The notes under the pieces: generated by a model
Database searches by the model: none
What the model saw: the letters and a program-made list of their open reading frames with translations, nothing else
Told to the model about the DNA's origin: nothing
Source: an uncultured Bacteroidia bacterium
Lineage (GTDB): Bacteria; Bacteroidota; Bacteroidia; J057; CALAJH01
Assembly (NCBI GenBank): GCA_937922655.1
Contig: CALAJH010000030.1
Span: forward strand, 64,107 to 128,106
DNA length: 64,000 bases
Direction of reading: 5' to 3'
Made by a program: the position numbers and the translations under genes
Part shown: in pieces, positions 26,801 to 35,285 of the stretch
Layout: every line of letters begins with the position of its first letter
How positions within the stretch are numbered: the stretch's first letter is position 1

Positions 26801-28642
26801 TCGGTAACGGGCGCAACGGGTGCGGTGGAATATACGTGGGCCCCCGCGACGGGGTTGAACGCGACCACGGGCGCGAGCGTGGTCGCCTCCCCCGCCACGA
26901 CCACGACCTATACCGTTACCGCACGCGACGAAAACAACTGCATCGCAACGGCGACGTCGACGATAACCGTTTTCCCATTGGCCGCCACCGTAACGTCCAC
27001 ACCGGCGTCAAGCATTTCCGCTTCCGACGGACAAATTCAAGTTACCCCCACCCAAGGGCAAGCACCGTACGAGTATAGCTTGAACGGCGGCGAATTTCAA
27101 GCTTCGTCCGCGTTTTTGAATCTTTCGCCGGGCATTTATACCGTAACCATCCGCGACAATACGGGATGCACCCGCACCTACAATAACGTTGGCGTGGGAC
27201 CTTATTGCGCTGGAACGACGGTTTTGACGGCGCAAAGCGAAACGTTTAGCGACGGCTCCGGGCCGGCAAACTACCTCAACAACACCAACTGTTCTTGGCT
27301 TATTCAACCTTCGGAAGGCGCGACGTTTATTCGCATCACGTTCACGGAATTTGCGACCGAGGCGGGCTACGACTTCGTTCGTATTTATGCGGGAACGGAC
27401 GCGAACGCGCCCTTGGTCGCCACTTACGCGGGAACAACGATTCCGGGGCCGACGGTGGTAACGGGTTCGGCGGCGTTTGTTACTTTTACTTCGGATGTTT
27501 CCGTAACGGCGGCCGGTTGGACGGCCAACTACGAGGCGATTACGGCAAGTTGCGATGTTAGCGTATCTATAAGTCCTTCGTCGGCCGACGTCTGCTCGGG
27601 CCAACCCGTTACATTGACGGCCACGGCGACCGGCGGCGACGGCAATTATTCTTATTCATGGGCGCCCGCCACGTATCTTAACCAAACCTCCGGCGCCACG
27701 GTCGTTTCCCAGCCGACCAATAACATCACCTATACCGTTACGGTGTTTGACGGAATTGGCTGTCCCGCGACGGCAACGGTTTCCTTGTCCGTAAGCAATG
27801 TGTTCCCCGCATTTCATTCAATTCCAGAAAATGCGGGTCAAAACAACGGTGGGATATACGTTTATTCCGTCTCGGGAACGGCGCCGTTTACTTATAGCGT
27901 TGACGGCGGCCCCGGTCAAAGTTCGCCGTGGCTCGAAGGTTTGAGCGCCGGCCCGCACAGCGTTACCGTTACCGACGCGAACGGATGTTCTTCTAATCAG
28001 ACCGTTACCGTTGGTACGGCCGCGACGACCTATTGCGGCGGTACGACCACGCTCACCGCACCTTCGGGCAGCTTCGACGACGGTTCCGGTACCAACAACT
28101 ACGTCAATTTCTCTCACTGCTCGTGGTTGATTCAGCCTTCGAACAACCCGACGGCGATAGTCATCGATTTTACAACTTTTGCCACCGAAGAAAATTTTGA
28201 TTTTGTGGCGATTTACGCGGCTTCCGGTCCCGGTGGCAATCCTTACGCGCTTTATTCCGGTACTACGCTGCCGCCTCAAACGATAGTTCCGGGCAACGTG
28301 GCTTTTGTACGTTTCTTTTCCGACAACATTCTTACGGCGGCCGGTTTTTCGGCGACTTACAACGGCGTAACGAGCGAAACGGTATGGCCCGGCGACGCGA
28401 ACGCCGACGGCGTCGTTACCATCGGCGACTACTTCCTCTGCGCTTCGGGCTACGGGCAAACGGGTCCCGCCCGTGCCAACCAAGGCGTGTTGTGGACGGT
28501 GTATTTGTCCGACGCATGGCCCGCCACATACAATTATCAAGGACAAACCGTCAACGGCGCCCACCTCGACGCTAACGGCGACGGTACCGTCAATTTGTTT
28601 GACGTGGCGGCCACGATAGCCAATCGCGGTTTGTCGCATTAA
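23822..28642 (+). CDS. Giant secreted protein with architecture [CUB - Ig-like - SprB repeat] x5 + CUB + dockerin-like C-terminal domain
   Basis: Signal peptide ...LSGQAWAQ. Six CUB-like modules start at Cys codons 23912, 24764, 25556, 26387, 27206 and 28034 (C.G.t.LTa.sGtf.DGSG..nY.N...C.WLIQP.....I.i.FtEF.tE..wDFv.iYAG.dAnaPLV..y.G). They are separated by Ig-like modules (C.....tLTA.atGg.G..tYsWAPAtgLN...g..V...P...TtYTVTv.D...C) and SprB repeats (GGtPPYEYSLDGvtYQ....F.gL..GtY.vtVrDanGC). I chose the ATG at 23822. Confidence 0.85.
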   Translation: MRSSTKYRWPGIMAALALAFVFLSGQAWAQCSGVTTLTAPSGTFDDGSGTGNYQNFSDCAWLIQPPGAVRIDITFTEFNVEANWDFVYVYAGEDANAPLVATLTGDLTAGLPITYVINASAAYIHFTSDDVVTAPGFTVSYTSSDEPCPTISVTVDPASATVCPNTPITLTASATGGSGNYTYSWAPATNLNVTTGNEVISTPAANRTYTVTVTDQSTGCTGSATVILTVPTLSVTIRQISATGTQSDGGIFFSSVTGGTPPYEYSLDGVTYQSGRFLSGLTAGTYPNIYVRDANGCTAGPLSRTIGSTVNTTLCGGTTTLTAATGTVEDGSGSANYNNNSNCRWLIQPPGATQISISFTEFNTEAGWDFVHIFAGPDANSPLVASYAGASVPPLTVVSGGAAFVWFHSDGSGTRQGWSFNYSAAFVNCDLTVEISADDDFICSGGSVELKALPDGGDGDYSFLWAPAAGLDVTNENIVNASPAVTTTYTVTVIDGQGCVAQASQVVNVSALNFTTTGSSGTLTVNATGGSGPYEYSLNGGPFQTSNTFTGLDSGTPYSVTVTDGNCSITKTVALPPYCSTGNVLTALTGCFTDGSYDADYQNSVSCSWLIQPTGGANFITVTFPAFNTEANFDFVRIYAGTDASAPLVGSYSGTTNPGTVLVVGSTAFVTFTTDGSVVRPGFELCYTASQADCGGFDVSVSADPAAICIGGSTTLTANVTGATGDVTYSWTPGGQTTPSITVSPTANTTYTVTVTDVNTGCLDQATQTITVGSFSFGSIRVYTSNPGQNDGVIYVRTVTGGTPPLEYSLDGVTYQAGSVFTGLAPGSYTVTVRDAAGCTGTSASQTIAENTAAVCAAGATYTELEACFDDGSGANPYANYSNCRWTIQPDGANSVNIVFSAFNVENLWDYVFVWAGTDLSQAPVGIYTGITIPPTTVVNAGSATVLFVSDNIITEPGFELCYFGVTAECNLTAEISPNAVSVCPQVNTTLTASVTGATGAVEYTWAPATGLNATTGASVVASPATTTTYTVTARDENNCIATATSTITVFPLAATVTSTPASSISASDGQIQVTPTQGQAPYEYSLNGGEFQASSAFLNLSPGIYTVTIRDNTGCTRTYNNVGVGPYCAGTTVLTAQSETFSDGSGPANYLNNTNCSWLIQPSEGATFIRITFTEFATEAGYDFVRIYAGTDANAPLVATYAGTTIPGPTVVTGSAAFVTFTSDVSVTAAGWTANYEAITASCDVSVSISPSSADVCSGQPVTLTATATGGDGNYSYSWAPATYLNQTSGATVVSQPTNNITYTVTVFDGIGCPATATVSLSVSNVFPAFHSIPENAGQNNGGIYVYSVSGTAPFTYSVDGGPGQSSPWLEGLSAGPHSVTVTDANGCSSNQTVTVGTAATTYCGGTTTLTAPSGSFDDGSGTNNYVNFSHCSWLIQPSNNPTAIVIDFTTFATEENFDFVAIYAASGPGGNPYALYSGTTLPPQTIVPGNVAFVRFFSDNILTAAGFSATYNGVTSETVWPGDANADGVVTIGDYFLCASGYGQTGPARANQGVLWTVYLSDAWPATYNYQGQTVNGAHLDANGDGTVNLFDVAATIANRGLSH
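23912..28374 (+). repeat. Intragenic tandem module repeat, about 5.5 copies of roughly 800-850 bp each
   Basis: The first Cys codon of successive CUB modules is spaced 852, 792, 831, 819 and 828 nt apart. Conservation is mainly at the protein level. Confidence 0.8.
28382..28639 (+). other. Dockerin-like C-terminal domain, copy 1
   Basis: VWPGDANADGVVTIGDYF...GPARANQG..W......W........G.TVN....DANGDGTVNLFDVAATIANRG. It contains two D.N.DG.V calcium-loop-like segments and aligns with 59492..59752. Confidence 0.6.
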
Positions 28643-28669
28643 AAAAATAAGTTTTGATTATTAAATTTG

Positions 28670-28702
28670 CCGAACCCTCGTCCGGGGGTTCGGTTTTTTT
28701 TT
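28670..28702 (+). terminator. Rho-independent terminator
   Basis: CCGAACCC (28670-28677) pairs with GGGTTCGG (28686-28693). A run of nine T follows. Confidence 0.8.
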
Positions 28703-28709
28703 AATTTTG
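28702..28709 (+). promoter_or_regulatory. Bacteroidota -7 box (TAnnTTTG)
   Basis: TAATTTTG lies 19 nt upstream of the ATG at 28728. Confidence 0.45.
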
Positions 28710-28727
28710 CATCGAACAAAGAAAGAC

Positions 28728-30524
28728 ATGAAAAAAATAGCAATCGCTGCCCTTTTTATTGGGTTTGCGACGTTAAACGCGCAGAATGTAACGCACGGGC
28801 CTATTGTCGGAGCGCTTACCCACACTTCCGCCAAAGTGTGGGCGAGGGTCCTTGACGCGCCCGCGGTGCAAATTGAGTATTCGACGTCTCCATCGCTCGA
28901 AAGTCCTCAAACGGCGACGTTGAGCGTTTCGGCGGAAAACGAGTTCTCGGGAACGGCCATGCTTTCGGGGCTGTCGCCCTCGACGAAATATTATTATCGC
29001 CTTGCGGGTCAAACGACGATACAAAGTTTCAAAACGTTGGCGGCGCCGGGGCAGACGGGCAACTATGTTATTGCCTTCGGCTCGTGCATGCATGCTTCCG
29101 ATAAGCCTTATCCCACCTTCAACCTCATTGCTCAACGCGAGCCCGACCTTTTTTTACATTGCGGCGACTGGGGTTACCCCGATACCACCGACAAAGTGCC
29201 CCAAGATTCCAACTTTTTCGCCAACGACCGCCAACGGGTAGTGGAATCTTATTGGTGGAAATACGAACAGCCCGAGTTTAAGAACTTGGCGGCAAAAGTG
29301 GCCGTAGATTACGTTTACGACGACCACGACTACGTGAACGACAACGCTTCACGCTCGTCGAGTTCGTTTTACGACAGGACGATTTTTGGGGAGGTGCCGT
29401 TTCCGCCTTCGGCACGAAGAAATTCAATCGACCTTTACACCCGTCTTTTTCCGCATTACGACCTTGTGGATACCGCCACAAGCTTGTATCATAAAATTCG
29501 TTTCGGCAACGTGGAGATATTCATGTGCGACAATCGTTCCGACCGTTCTCCGAGTTTGGGATGTTTTCGCGACAGCGCGGGTCTTTGGGTCTATCAAAAT
29601 CTTCCCAACCACTACATTTTGGGCCAAAGCCAAATGAATCGCCTGCTTAACGATTTGAAAAATTCAACGGCGACGTGGAAGTTCGTGATGACGGGCGTTA
29701 GCTTCAACAAAGGTTACAATCGCGGCATAGCGGCGCTTTCGGGCAATGCCAATCAAGACCTAGACCTCGGTTTGATAAGCAGTCAGGTTCCGCCGGGTAC
29801 GTCCGTACGTTCGATTATGGGCGCATTGGCCGATACATGGGCGGGATATCAGGCCGACCAAGACCGTCTTTTGAATCATTTGCAAGAAAACAATATAAAA
29901 AACGTTGTTTTCTTGAGTAGCGATTCCCATACGGGCGCCATCGACGACGGAACCAACGCCGGTTTGCCGGAAATTATGGCGGGGGCGTTGGGCATAGAAA
30001 ATTCGCGTTTGGCGTGGATTATGGATACGGTGGGGCAATTGCCGCCGGCGATACTGGGGCTTTTGGGACTCAACAGCATCAACTTATCCGTATGGAATTA
30101 CGGCGGCAACGGTTTGGGCAACGGTTATTTTGGGTCGGCTTTTGGCAATATTGAAATTTTCGGAGAGGATTCGTGTCGATTGAGCTTGGTCGATACCCTA
30201 GGCAACGTTTTTGCGGCATTGACTTTGTGTAAAGACGAGGGCAATTGTCATCCCGCGTCGCGTTCGGATAAACGCGTTCCCGCCGATAGGTTTACCCTTT
30301 TTCCCAATCCCGCCGAAAAAGAAATACATTTACGTTTGGATTCCGCGGCGGTCGGTTTGCATGCCAATTCGTACGTCGCGATATACGACGTTTTGGGGCG
30401 GCGGGTCAAATTGACGAAGTATCAAGGCCAAGCCGTTGCGATTGACGATTTGCCTCCCGGAACTTATCACTTGATGCTCAAAAACGGCCCCGCTTCGTGG
30501 GTGAAAAGTTTTCAAAAACAATAA
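28728..30524 (+). CDS. PhoD-like alkaline phosphatase / metallophosphoesterase with a T9SS type A C-terminal sorting domain
   Basis: Signal peptide MKKIAIAALFIGFATLNAQ and PhoD_N-like GPIVGALTHTSAKVWARV. Metallophosphatase motifs are FGSCMH, HCGDWGYPD and DDHDYVNDN. The C-terminal FTLFPNPAEKEIHLRL...LPPGTYHLMLKNG matches a Por secretion tail. Confidence 0.8.
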   Translation: MKKIAIAALFIGFATLNAQNVTHGPIVGALTHTSAKVWARVLDAPAVQIEYSTSPSLESPQTATLSVSAENEFSGTAMLSGLSPSTKYYYRLAGQTTIQSFKTLAAPGQTGNYVIAFGSCMHASDKPYPTFNLIAQREPDLFLHCGDWGYPDTTDKVPQDSNFFANDRQRVVESYWWKYEQPEFKNLAAKVAVDYVYDDHDYVNDNASRSSSSFYDRTIFGEVPFPPSARRNSIDLYTRLFPHYDLVDTATSLYHKIRFGNVEIFMCDNRSDRSPSLGCFRDSAGLWVYQNLPNHYILGQSQMNRLLNDLKNSTATWKFVMTGVSFNKGYNRGIAALSGNANQDLDLGLISSQVPPGTSVRSIMGALADTWAGYQADQDRLLNHLQENNIKNVVFLSSDSHTGAIDDGTNAGLPEIMAGALGIENSRLAWIMDTVGQLPPAILGLLGLNSINLSVWNYGGNGLGNGYFGSAFGNIEIFGEDSCRLSLVDTLGNVFAALTLCKDEGNCHPASRSDKRVPADRFTLFPNPAEKEIHLRLDSAAVGLHANSYVAIYDVLGRRVKLTKYQGQAVAIDDLPPGTYHLMLKNGPASWVKSFQKQ

Positions 30525-30552
30525 TTCGCGTCGAAAGAAAACATCTTAACAG

Positions 30553-30585
30553 GGGCGGCGGGCGATGCTTTGCCGCCCTTTGCAT
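30553..30585 (+). terminator. Terminator candidate
   Basis: GGGCGGC (30553-30559) pairs with GCCGCCC (30572-30578) and is followed by TTTGCATT. The loop is long at 12 nt. Confidence 0.4.
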
Positions 30586-30637
30586 TAAAAATTGTGTTTG
30601 GAAGATACAACATCAACTTAATTTGTTAATTTGGCGG

Positions 30638-31957
30638 ATGATGCAGTCGGGGGAATATTTTGTTGTGGAGGGCGGCGTGCGATTGAGCGGGGAAATACGC
30701 GCGCAGGGCGCCAAGAACGAGGCTTTGCAGGTGTTGGCGGCCACGCTTTTAACAGAGGAAACGGTTACGTTGGAAAACGTACCGGATATTTTGGATGTTC
30801 GTCGCATGGCCAAACTTTTGGAGCGTTTGGGCGCACGGGTCGAACGTTCCGACGCGCACACGTACCGCATCACGGCCGCGGAACTCAAACCGGAAAATAT
30901 TTTCGACCCCGAAACGGCCAAAGAAGCCCGTGCCATCCGGGGTTCGATAATGATATTGGGGCCGCTCTTGGCACGAACGGGAAAAGCGTTTTTGCCGCGA
31001 CCGGGCGGAGATAAAATTGGCCGTCGTCGGCTCGATACCCACATCTTGGGCTTCACCGAACTCGGGGCCGTTTTCGATTACGACAAGTCCCAAGAATTTT
31101 ACGCGCTTTCGGGCAAGCTTTCCGGCAAATATATTCTTTTGGACGAGGCGTCGGTAACGGGAACGGCCAATTTAGTCATGGCCGCATCGCTCGCCGAAGG
31201 TACAACCACGATTTACAACGCCGCTTGCGAACCCTACGTGCAACAACTGTGTAAATTACTGGTAAACATGGGCGCCGATATTTCGGGTATCGGAAGCAAT
31301 TTATTGACCATTCGCGGGGTTCGAAGACTTTCGGGAGCCAAGCACACGCTTTTGGCCGACATGATTGAAGTCGGCAGTTTTATCGGCGCCGCGCTCATGA
31401 CCCGCAGCGAACTGACGATAAAGGACGCGGACGTCGAGCACTTGGGTGTCATTCCGATGCACTTTCGACGTTTGGGCGCCAAAGTTGAAATTTTGGGCAA
31501 CGACGTTTATATTCCCGCTCAAGAACGTCTCATCGTCGAATCGTATATTGACGGCGCGATGCCCACCATTTCCGACCATACATGGCCCGGACTTACGCCC
31601 GATTTGCTGAGTATATTTTTGGTCGTGGCGACGCGTTGCAAGGGGGCGGTGTTGATTCATCAAAAAATGTTTGAAAGCCGATTGTTTTTTACCGATAAAC
31701 TCATTGACATGGGGGCGAAAGTCATTTTGTGCGATCCGCATCGGGCGACGGTCATCGGCTTGGACAACGAGTCGCCTTTGCGCGGTATTTCCATGACCAG
31801 TCCCGATATTCGCGCCGGGGTGGCGCTGCTTATCGCCGCGCTTTGCGCCGAAGGCAAAAGCACCATATACAATATCGAGCAAATCGACCGAGGATACGAA
31901 AAAATTGACGAAAGATTGAACGCCGTTGGCGCGAAAATTATTCGCAAAAACGGATAA
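30638..31957 (+). CDS. murA: UDP-N-acetylglucosamine 1-carboxyvinyltransferase
   Basis: FVVEGGVRLSGEIRAQGAKNEALQVLAATLL, the active-site loop PRPGGDKIGRRRLDTH (Asp in place of Cys), and full-length EPSP-synthase-fold similarity. I chose the ATG at 30638. Confidence 0.92.
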   Translation: MMQSGEYFVVEGGVRLSGEIRAQGAKNEALQVLAATLLTEETVTLENVPDILDVRRMAKLLERLGARVERSDAHTYRITAAELKPENIFDPETAKEARAIRGSIMILGPLLARTGKAFLPRPGGDKIGRRRLDTHILGFTELGAVFDYDKSQEFYALSGKLSGKYILLDEASVTGTANLVMAASLAEGTTTIYNAACEPYVQQLCKLLVNMGADISGIGSNLLTIRGVRRLSGAKHTLLADMIEVGSFIGAALMTRSELTIKDADVEHLGVIPMHFRRLGAKVEILGNDVYIPAQERLIVESYIDGAMPTISDHTWPGLTPDLLSIFLVVATRCKGAVLIHQKMFESRLFFTDKLIDMGAKVILCDPHRATVIGLDNESPLRGISMTSPDIRAGVALLIAALCAEGKSTIYNIEQIDRGYEKIDERLNAVGAKIIRKNG

Positions 31958-32082
31958 AAACGCCAAACGTCGAAAAAAGGACGTTGCATCGTACGTTTGC
32001 GTTCCTTAATCCTTCGATTAAAGGATTATCCATAGATTTGCACCAAAATTGCCCGTTTGGGGTTAAAGAAAAAAATCAAGTC

Positions 32083-33387
32083 ATGAACCACGACATTGTC
32101 CCTTTGTTGGAGTTGCACGGGGCGGTAAGCGAGGCGTTGTCGCCGATTGAGCGAATGCCGGAACGCCCGATAACGGCGTCGGAACCGGCGTTGGACGATG
32201 TGGGGCGGGCGTTCGTCATGCAAAGCGACGGCGACCTTTTTCGCGCCCGCATTTTGTTTGAGGCCCTGCGTTATCCGATGCTGGTCAAAATGGGGCCGAC
32301 AATGGCGCGTCTGGCCCTCAAACTTCGCTTTCCCGTCAAAGGACTCATGAAGACGTATTTTTTCGATCGGTTTTGCGGCGGAGAATCGCTTGAAGAGACG
32401 TTGAAAAAGGCGGACAAAATGGCGGCTTACGGTGTGAACGCCATCTTGGACTACGGCGTTGAAGGCGCGCAAAACGAAACGTCGTTTAACGCGACAACCC
32501 AAGAAATCATACGCACCATCACTTACGCCGCCGAAAAAAAATCTTTTGCCTTCGTGGCCTTAAAAGCGACGGGATTGGCGGCCGTCGAATCGCTTGAACG
32601 TTTGCAGGCGGGCGGAGGAGACAAAAACGTTCGTAAAAAGTTGCGCGAGCGCATGGACGCAATATGTTCCATTGCCTTTAAACTCGAACAGCCCGTATTG
32701 GTGGATGCCGAAGAGTCTTGGATTCAAAACGAAATCGACGACGTTACCGAACTCATGATGCGTCGTTACAACCGCGACCTTCCCATCGTATTCACAACGC
32801 TTCAGCATTATCGCAAAGACCGGCTCGATTATTTCAAGGCGTTGTACGAAAGATTGAAAGCCCGCCGGGCGATAACGGCGGTCAAACCCGTTCGCGGCGC
32901 TTATCTGGAAAAAGAAAACTTGCGCGCAAAAAAATTGAATTATCCTTCCCCGCTCAACCCCACCAAAAAAGCAACCGACGAACAGTTCAACGCTTCGATT
33001 CGTTTTGCGTTGGAAAGAATTGGGCGGGTCTCGTTGGTCGCGGGAACCCACAACGAACAAAGCGTGCTGGAATTGGCCCGAACCATGCGCGAGCTTAAAA
33101 TTCCCGCCAACCATCCCGACGTTTGGATTTCACAACTCTACGGCATGAGCGACAACATCAGTTTTAACTTTGCCGCCGAAGGCTTCAACGTCGCCAAATA
33201 TTTGCCGTTCGGTCCCTTGGAGGCCGTTCTGCCTTATCTTTTTCGACGTGCCGAAGAAAATTCGTCCATCGCCGGGCAGACAAGCCGCGAACTCGAACTG
33301 GTTTACAAAGAAATCGCCCGTCGAAAAAAAGAAAGCAAACGCAGCAAGCTCAAAGACAAGCTTACCGTTTATACCGCGCTTAAATGA
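32083..33387 (+). CDS. Proline dehydrogenase family protein
   Basis: LALKLRFPVKGLMKTYFFDRFCGGESLEETL...AILDYGVEGAQNETSFNAT..EIIRTITYA...VDAEESWIQ matches the monofunctional Bacteroidota PRODH pattern. I chose the ATG at 32083. Confidence 0.85.
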   Translation: MNHDIVPLLELHGAVSEALSPIERMPERPITASEPALDDVGRAFVMQSDGDLFRARILFEALRYPMLVKMGPTMARLALKLRFPVKGLMKTYFFDRFCGGESLEETLKKADKMAAYGVNAILDYGVEGAQNETSFNATTQEIIRTITYAAEKKSFAFVALKATGLAAVESLERLQAGGGDKNVRKKLRERMDAICSIAFKLEQPVLVDAEESWIQNEIDDVTELMMRRYNRDLPIVFTTLQHYRKDRLDYFKALYERLKARRAITAVKPVRGAYLEKENLRAKKLNYPSPLNPTKKATDEQFNASIRFALERIGRVSLVAGTHNEQSVLELARTMRELKIPANHPDVWISQLYGMSDNISFNFAAEGFNVAKYLPFGPLEAVLPYLFRRAEENSSIAGQTSRELELVYKEIARRKKESKRSKLKDKLTVYTALK

Positions 33388-34295
33388 CGCAATCGATTTT
33401 GATTACGGGCGCCAACGGTTTGTTGGGGCGCAAACTTGTGGATTTGTTGGGGGGGCGCAAGTCGCTTCGGCTCATAGCGACGGGTAAAGGGGAAAAACGG
33501 ATTCCGGGTACGGACTTTGAATACGTCTCGTTGGACGTCTGCGACGGCGATGCGGTGCGTTACGTCGTCAAAGAAACACGACCGACGGTGGTGATACACT
33601 GTGCGGCGATGACCAATGTCGATGCTTGCGAACTCGACCCTAAGGCTTGTCAAGCGGCCAACGTCGACGCGGTGCGTTTCGTTATCGAGGGTTGCGAAAA
33701 GGCGGGCGCCCGCTTGGTGCATCTTTCGACGGATTTCGTTTTCGACGGCGCCGACGGTCCCTACGACGAAAACGCCGTTCCCAATCCGCTTTCGGTCTAC
33801 GGCAAATGCAAATGGAAGGCCGAGGAGTACGTCAAAGTCGCAAAAATTCCGGCCGCCATCGTGCGTACCATGCTCATTTACGGCGTTACGCCCGATATGT
33901 CCCGCTCGAATATCGTTTTGTGGGTCAAAAAGTCGTTGGAAGAAGGGAAAACCATACGGGTGGTCAACGACCAATACCGTATGCCGACCTTGGCCGAGGA
34001 TTTGGCGGCGGGTTTGGCGGAAATAGTCTTTCGCGAAAAAACGGGACTGTGGCACCTTTCGGGCGCGGAAGGTATGACGATGTATGAGTTGGCGCTCAAA
34101 GTGGCGGGGCATTGGGGGCTAAACCCCGAATTGATTACGGCTACGGATTCCGCGTCGTTGAACCAGCCGGCCCGCCGTCCGCCGCGAACGGGCTTTATTC
34201 TTCTTAAAGCGCAAACCGAACTGGCTTATCGCCCGACTTCGTTTAAGGCGGGCCTGAACATCGTCGCCCAACAGCTTCTCAATTACGCCCGATGA
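33384..34295 (+). CDS. NAD(P)-dependent SDR oxidoreductase of the RmlD family (dTDP-4-dehydrorhamnose reductase-like)
   Basis: ILITGANGLLGRKL Rossmann motif, HCAAMTNVDACE, STDFVFDG and YGKCKWKAE (YxxxK). The start overlaps the upstream stop. Confidence 0.75.
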   Translation: MTQSILITGANGLLGRKLVDLLGGRKSLRLIATGKGEKRIPGTDFEYVSLDVCDGDAVRYVVKETRPTVVIHCAAMTNVDACELDPKACQAANVDAVRFVIEGCEKAGARLVHLSTDFVFDGADGPYDENAVPNPLSVYGKCKWKAEEYVKVAKIPAAIVRTMLIYGVTPDMSRSNIVLWVKKSLEEGKTIRVVNDQYRMPTLAEDLAAGLAEIVFREKTGLWHLSGAEGMTMYELALKVAGHWGLNPELITATDSASLNQPARRPPRTGFILLKAQTELAYRPTSFKAGLNIVAQQLLNYAR

Positions 34296-34546
34296 CCGAC
34301 ACGCAATTTAAAATACTGGACGTACTCTATTTTCCAGAGGAATTTGATTCGATTGTCGAAGAAACGGGACTTCCAAGAAATTTGGTAAGGGCGGAAATCA
34401 AACAAATGGTTTCCAAAGGTTGGATTTCCGCCTTGCGCTACGACGATTCGGCGGGGGACTGGATTCCCACCACCATTTACGACGTGGAGGAAGGCTTCAA
34501 GTACTTGGCGACGCGCGAAGGCCTCATGCGCCACAACGGGCGCTAA
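34292..34546 (+). CDS. Small hypothetical protein, possibly winged-helix
   Basis: 84-aa ORF with an ATGA overlap to the preceding gene. FKILDVLYF...EETGLPRNLVRAEIKQMVSKGWI looks like an HTH. No family is recognised. Confidence 0.55.
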   Translation: MTDTQFKILDVLYFPEEFDSIVEETGLPRNLVRAEIKQMVSKGWISALRYDDSAGDWIPTTIYDVEEGFKYLATREGLMRHNGR

Positions 34547-35133
34547 TTGATTTTCATACAAGAGGCGGTTTGCGCACGGTTGAACGGGTCCCACGTAATA
34601 ATACGGGCGTCCGGGCAAGTGTAGAGGTAAACGACGGTGCTGATAACGAATATCAGTAAGCCAATGGCGCCGAAATAGATATTGTTGCGCTTGATTTTGA
34701 CTTGAAATTCGGCGACGAAACGCTCGCGTTCTTCTTGCAAGCGACTGATGTTGCGCAAAATGATGCGGAATCGGTCTACGGCGTCCTCGCCTTTGCGTAC
34801 GTAGTCGAAGGCGCCGTCGGACATAACCCTAGCCGCCACTTCCACGTCCGTTTGCGCGGTGAACATGATAATCGGTGTATCGGGGTCTAATTTTTTGGCC
34901 GTTTTGAGCTTGTTGATTTCTTTGAGCGTGTCCCAACCCGACATCATTCCCTCCAAATGGTAGTCCAAAATCATGAACTTCGGCCGAATTTCGGTGATGT
35001 TCGCCATACATTCCTCACCCGATGTGAAGAGGTGAATCGAGTATTTTTTGTCAAAGAGCTTGGTCAGCACCTCGCCCCAAGTGGGGTCGTCTTCGACGAT
35101 GACTATAGGGGTTTTGACGTCGGATGCGTTCAT
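34543..35133 (-). CDS. Response-regulator receiver domain protein with a C-terminal transmembrane anchor
   Basis: PIVIVEDDP...FMILDYHLEG...IIMFTAQTD..A....GAFDYVRKG identifies the REC domain. A coiled segment and a hydrophobic helix IYFGAIGLLIFVISTVVYLY follow. I chose the ATG at 35133. Confidence 0.75.
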   Translation of the reverse strand: MNASDVKTPIVIVEDDPTWGEVLTKLFDKKYSIHLFTSGEECMANITEIRPKFMILDYHLEGMMSGWDTLKEINKLKTAKKLDPDTPIIMFTAQTDVEVAARVMSDGAFDYVRKGEDAVDRFRIILRNISRLQEERERFVAEFQVKIKRNNIYFGAIGLLIFVISTVVYLYTCPDARIITWDPFNRAQTASCMKIN

Positions 35134-35285
35134 TGCCGTGGTTTTGTAGCGCAAAGATAGCGACTATCCCGGAATACGGGAAATTTTTGACCCTCATGTG
35201 CAAAAAAGGGGGAAAAGAATTTTAAGCGCGGGTAGCGATGTTTTTTTCGAGTAAACCAAACGTTTCGTCGCCGGGTTATGTGGTT

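Noticed and set aside
31966-31985. A short hairpin AACGTC/GACGTT after murA as a terminator.
   Set aside because: The stem is only 6 bp with a purine-rich loop and no downstream T-run, so support is insufficient.
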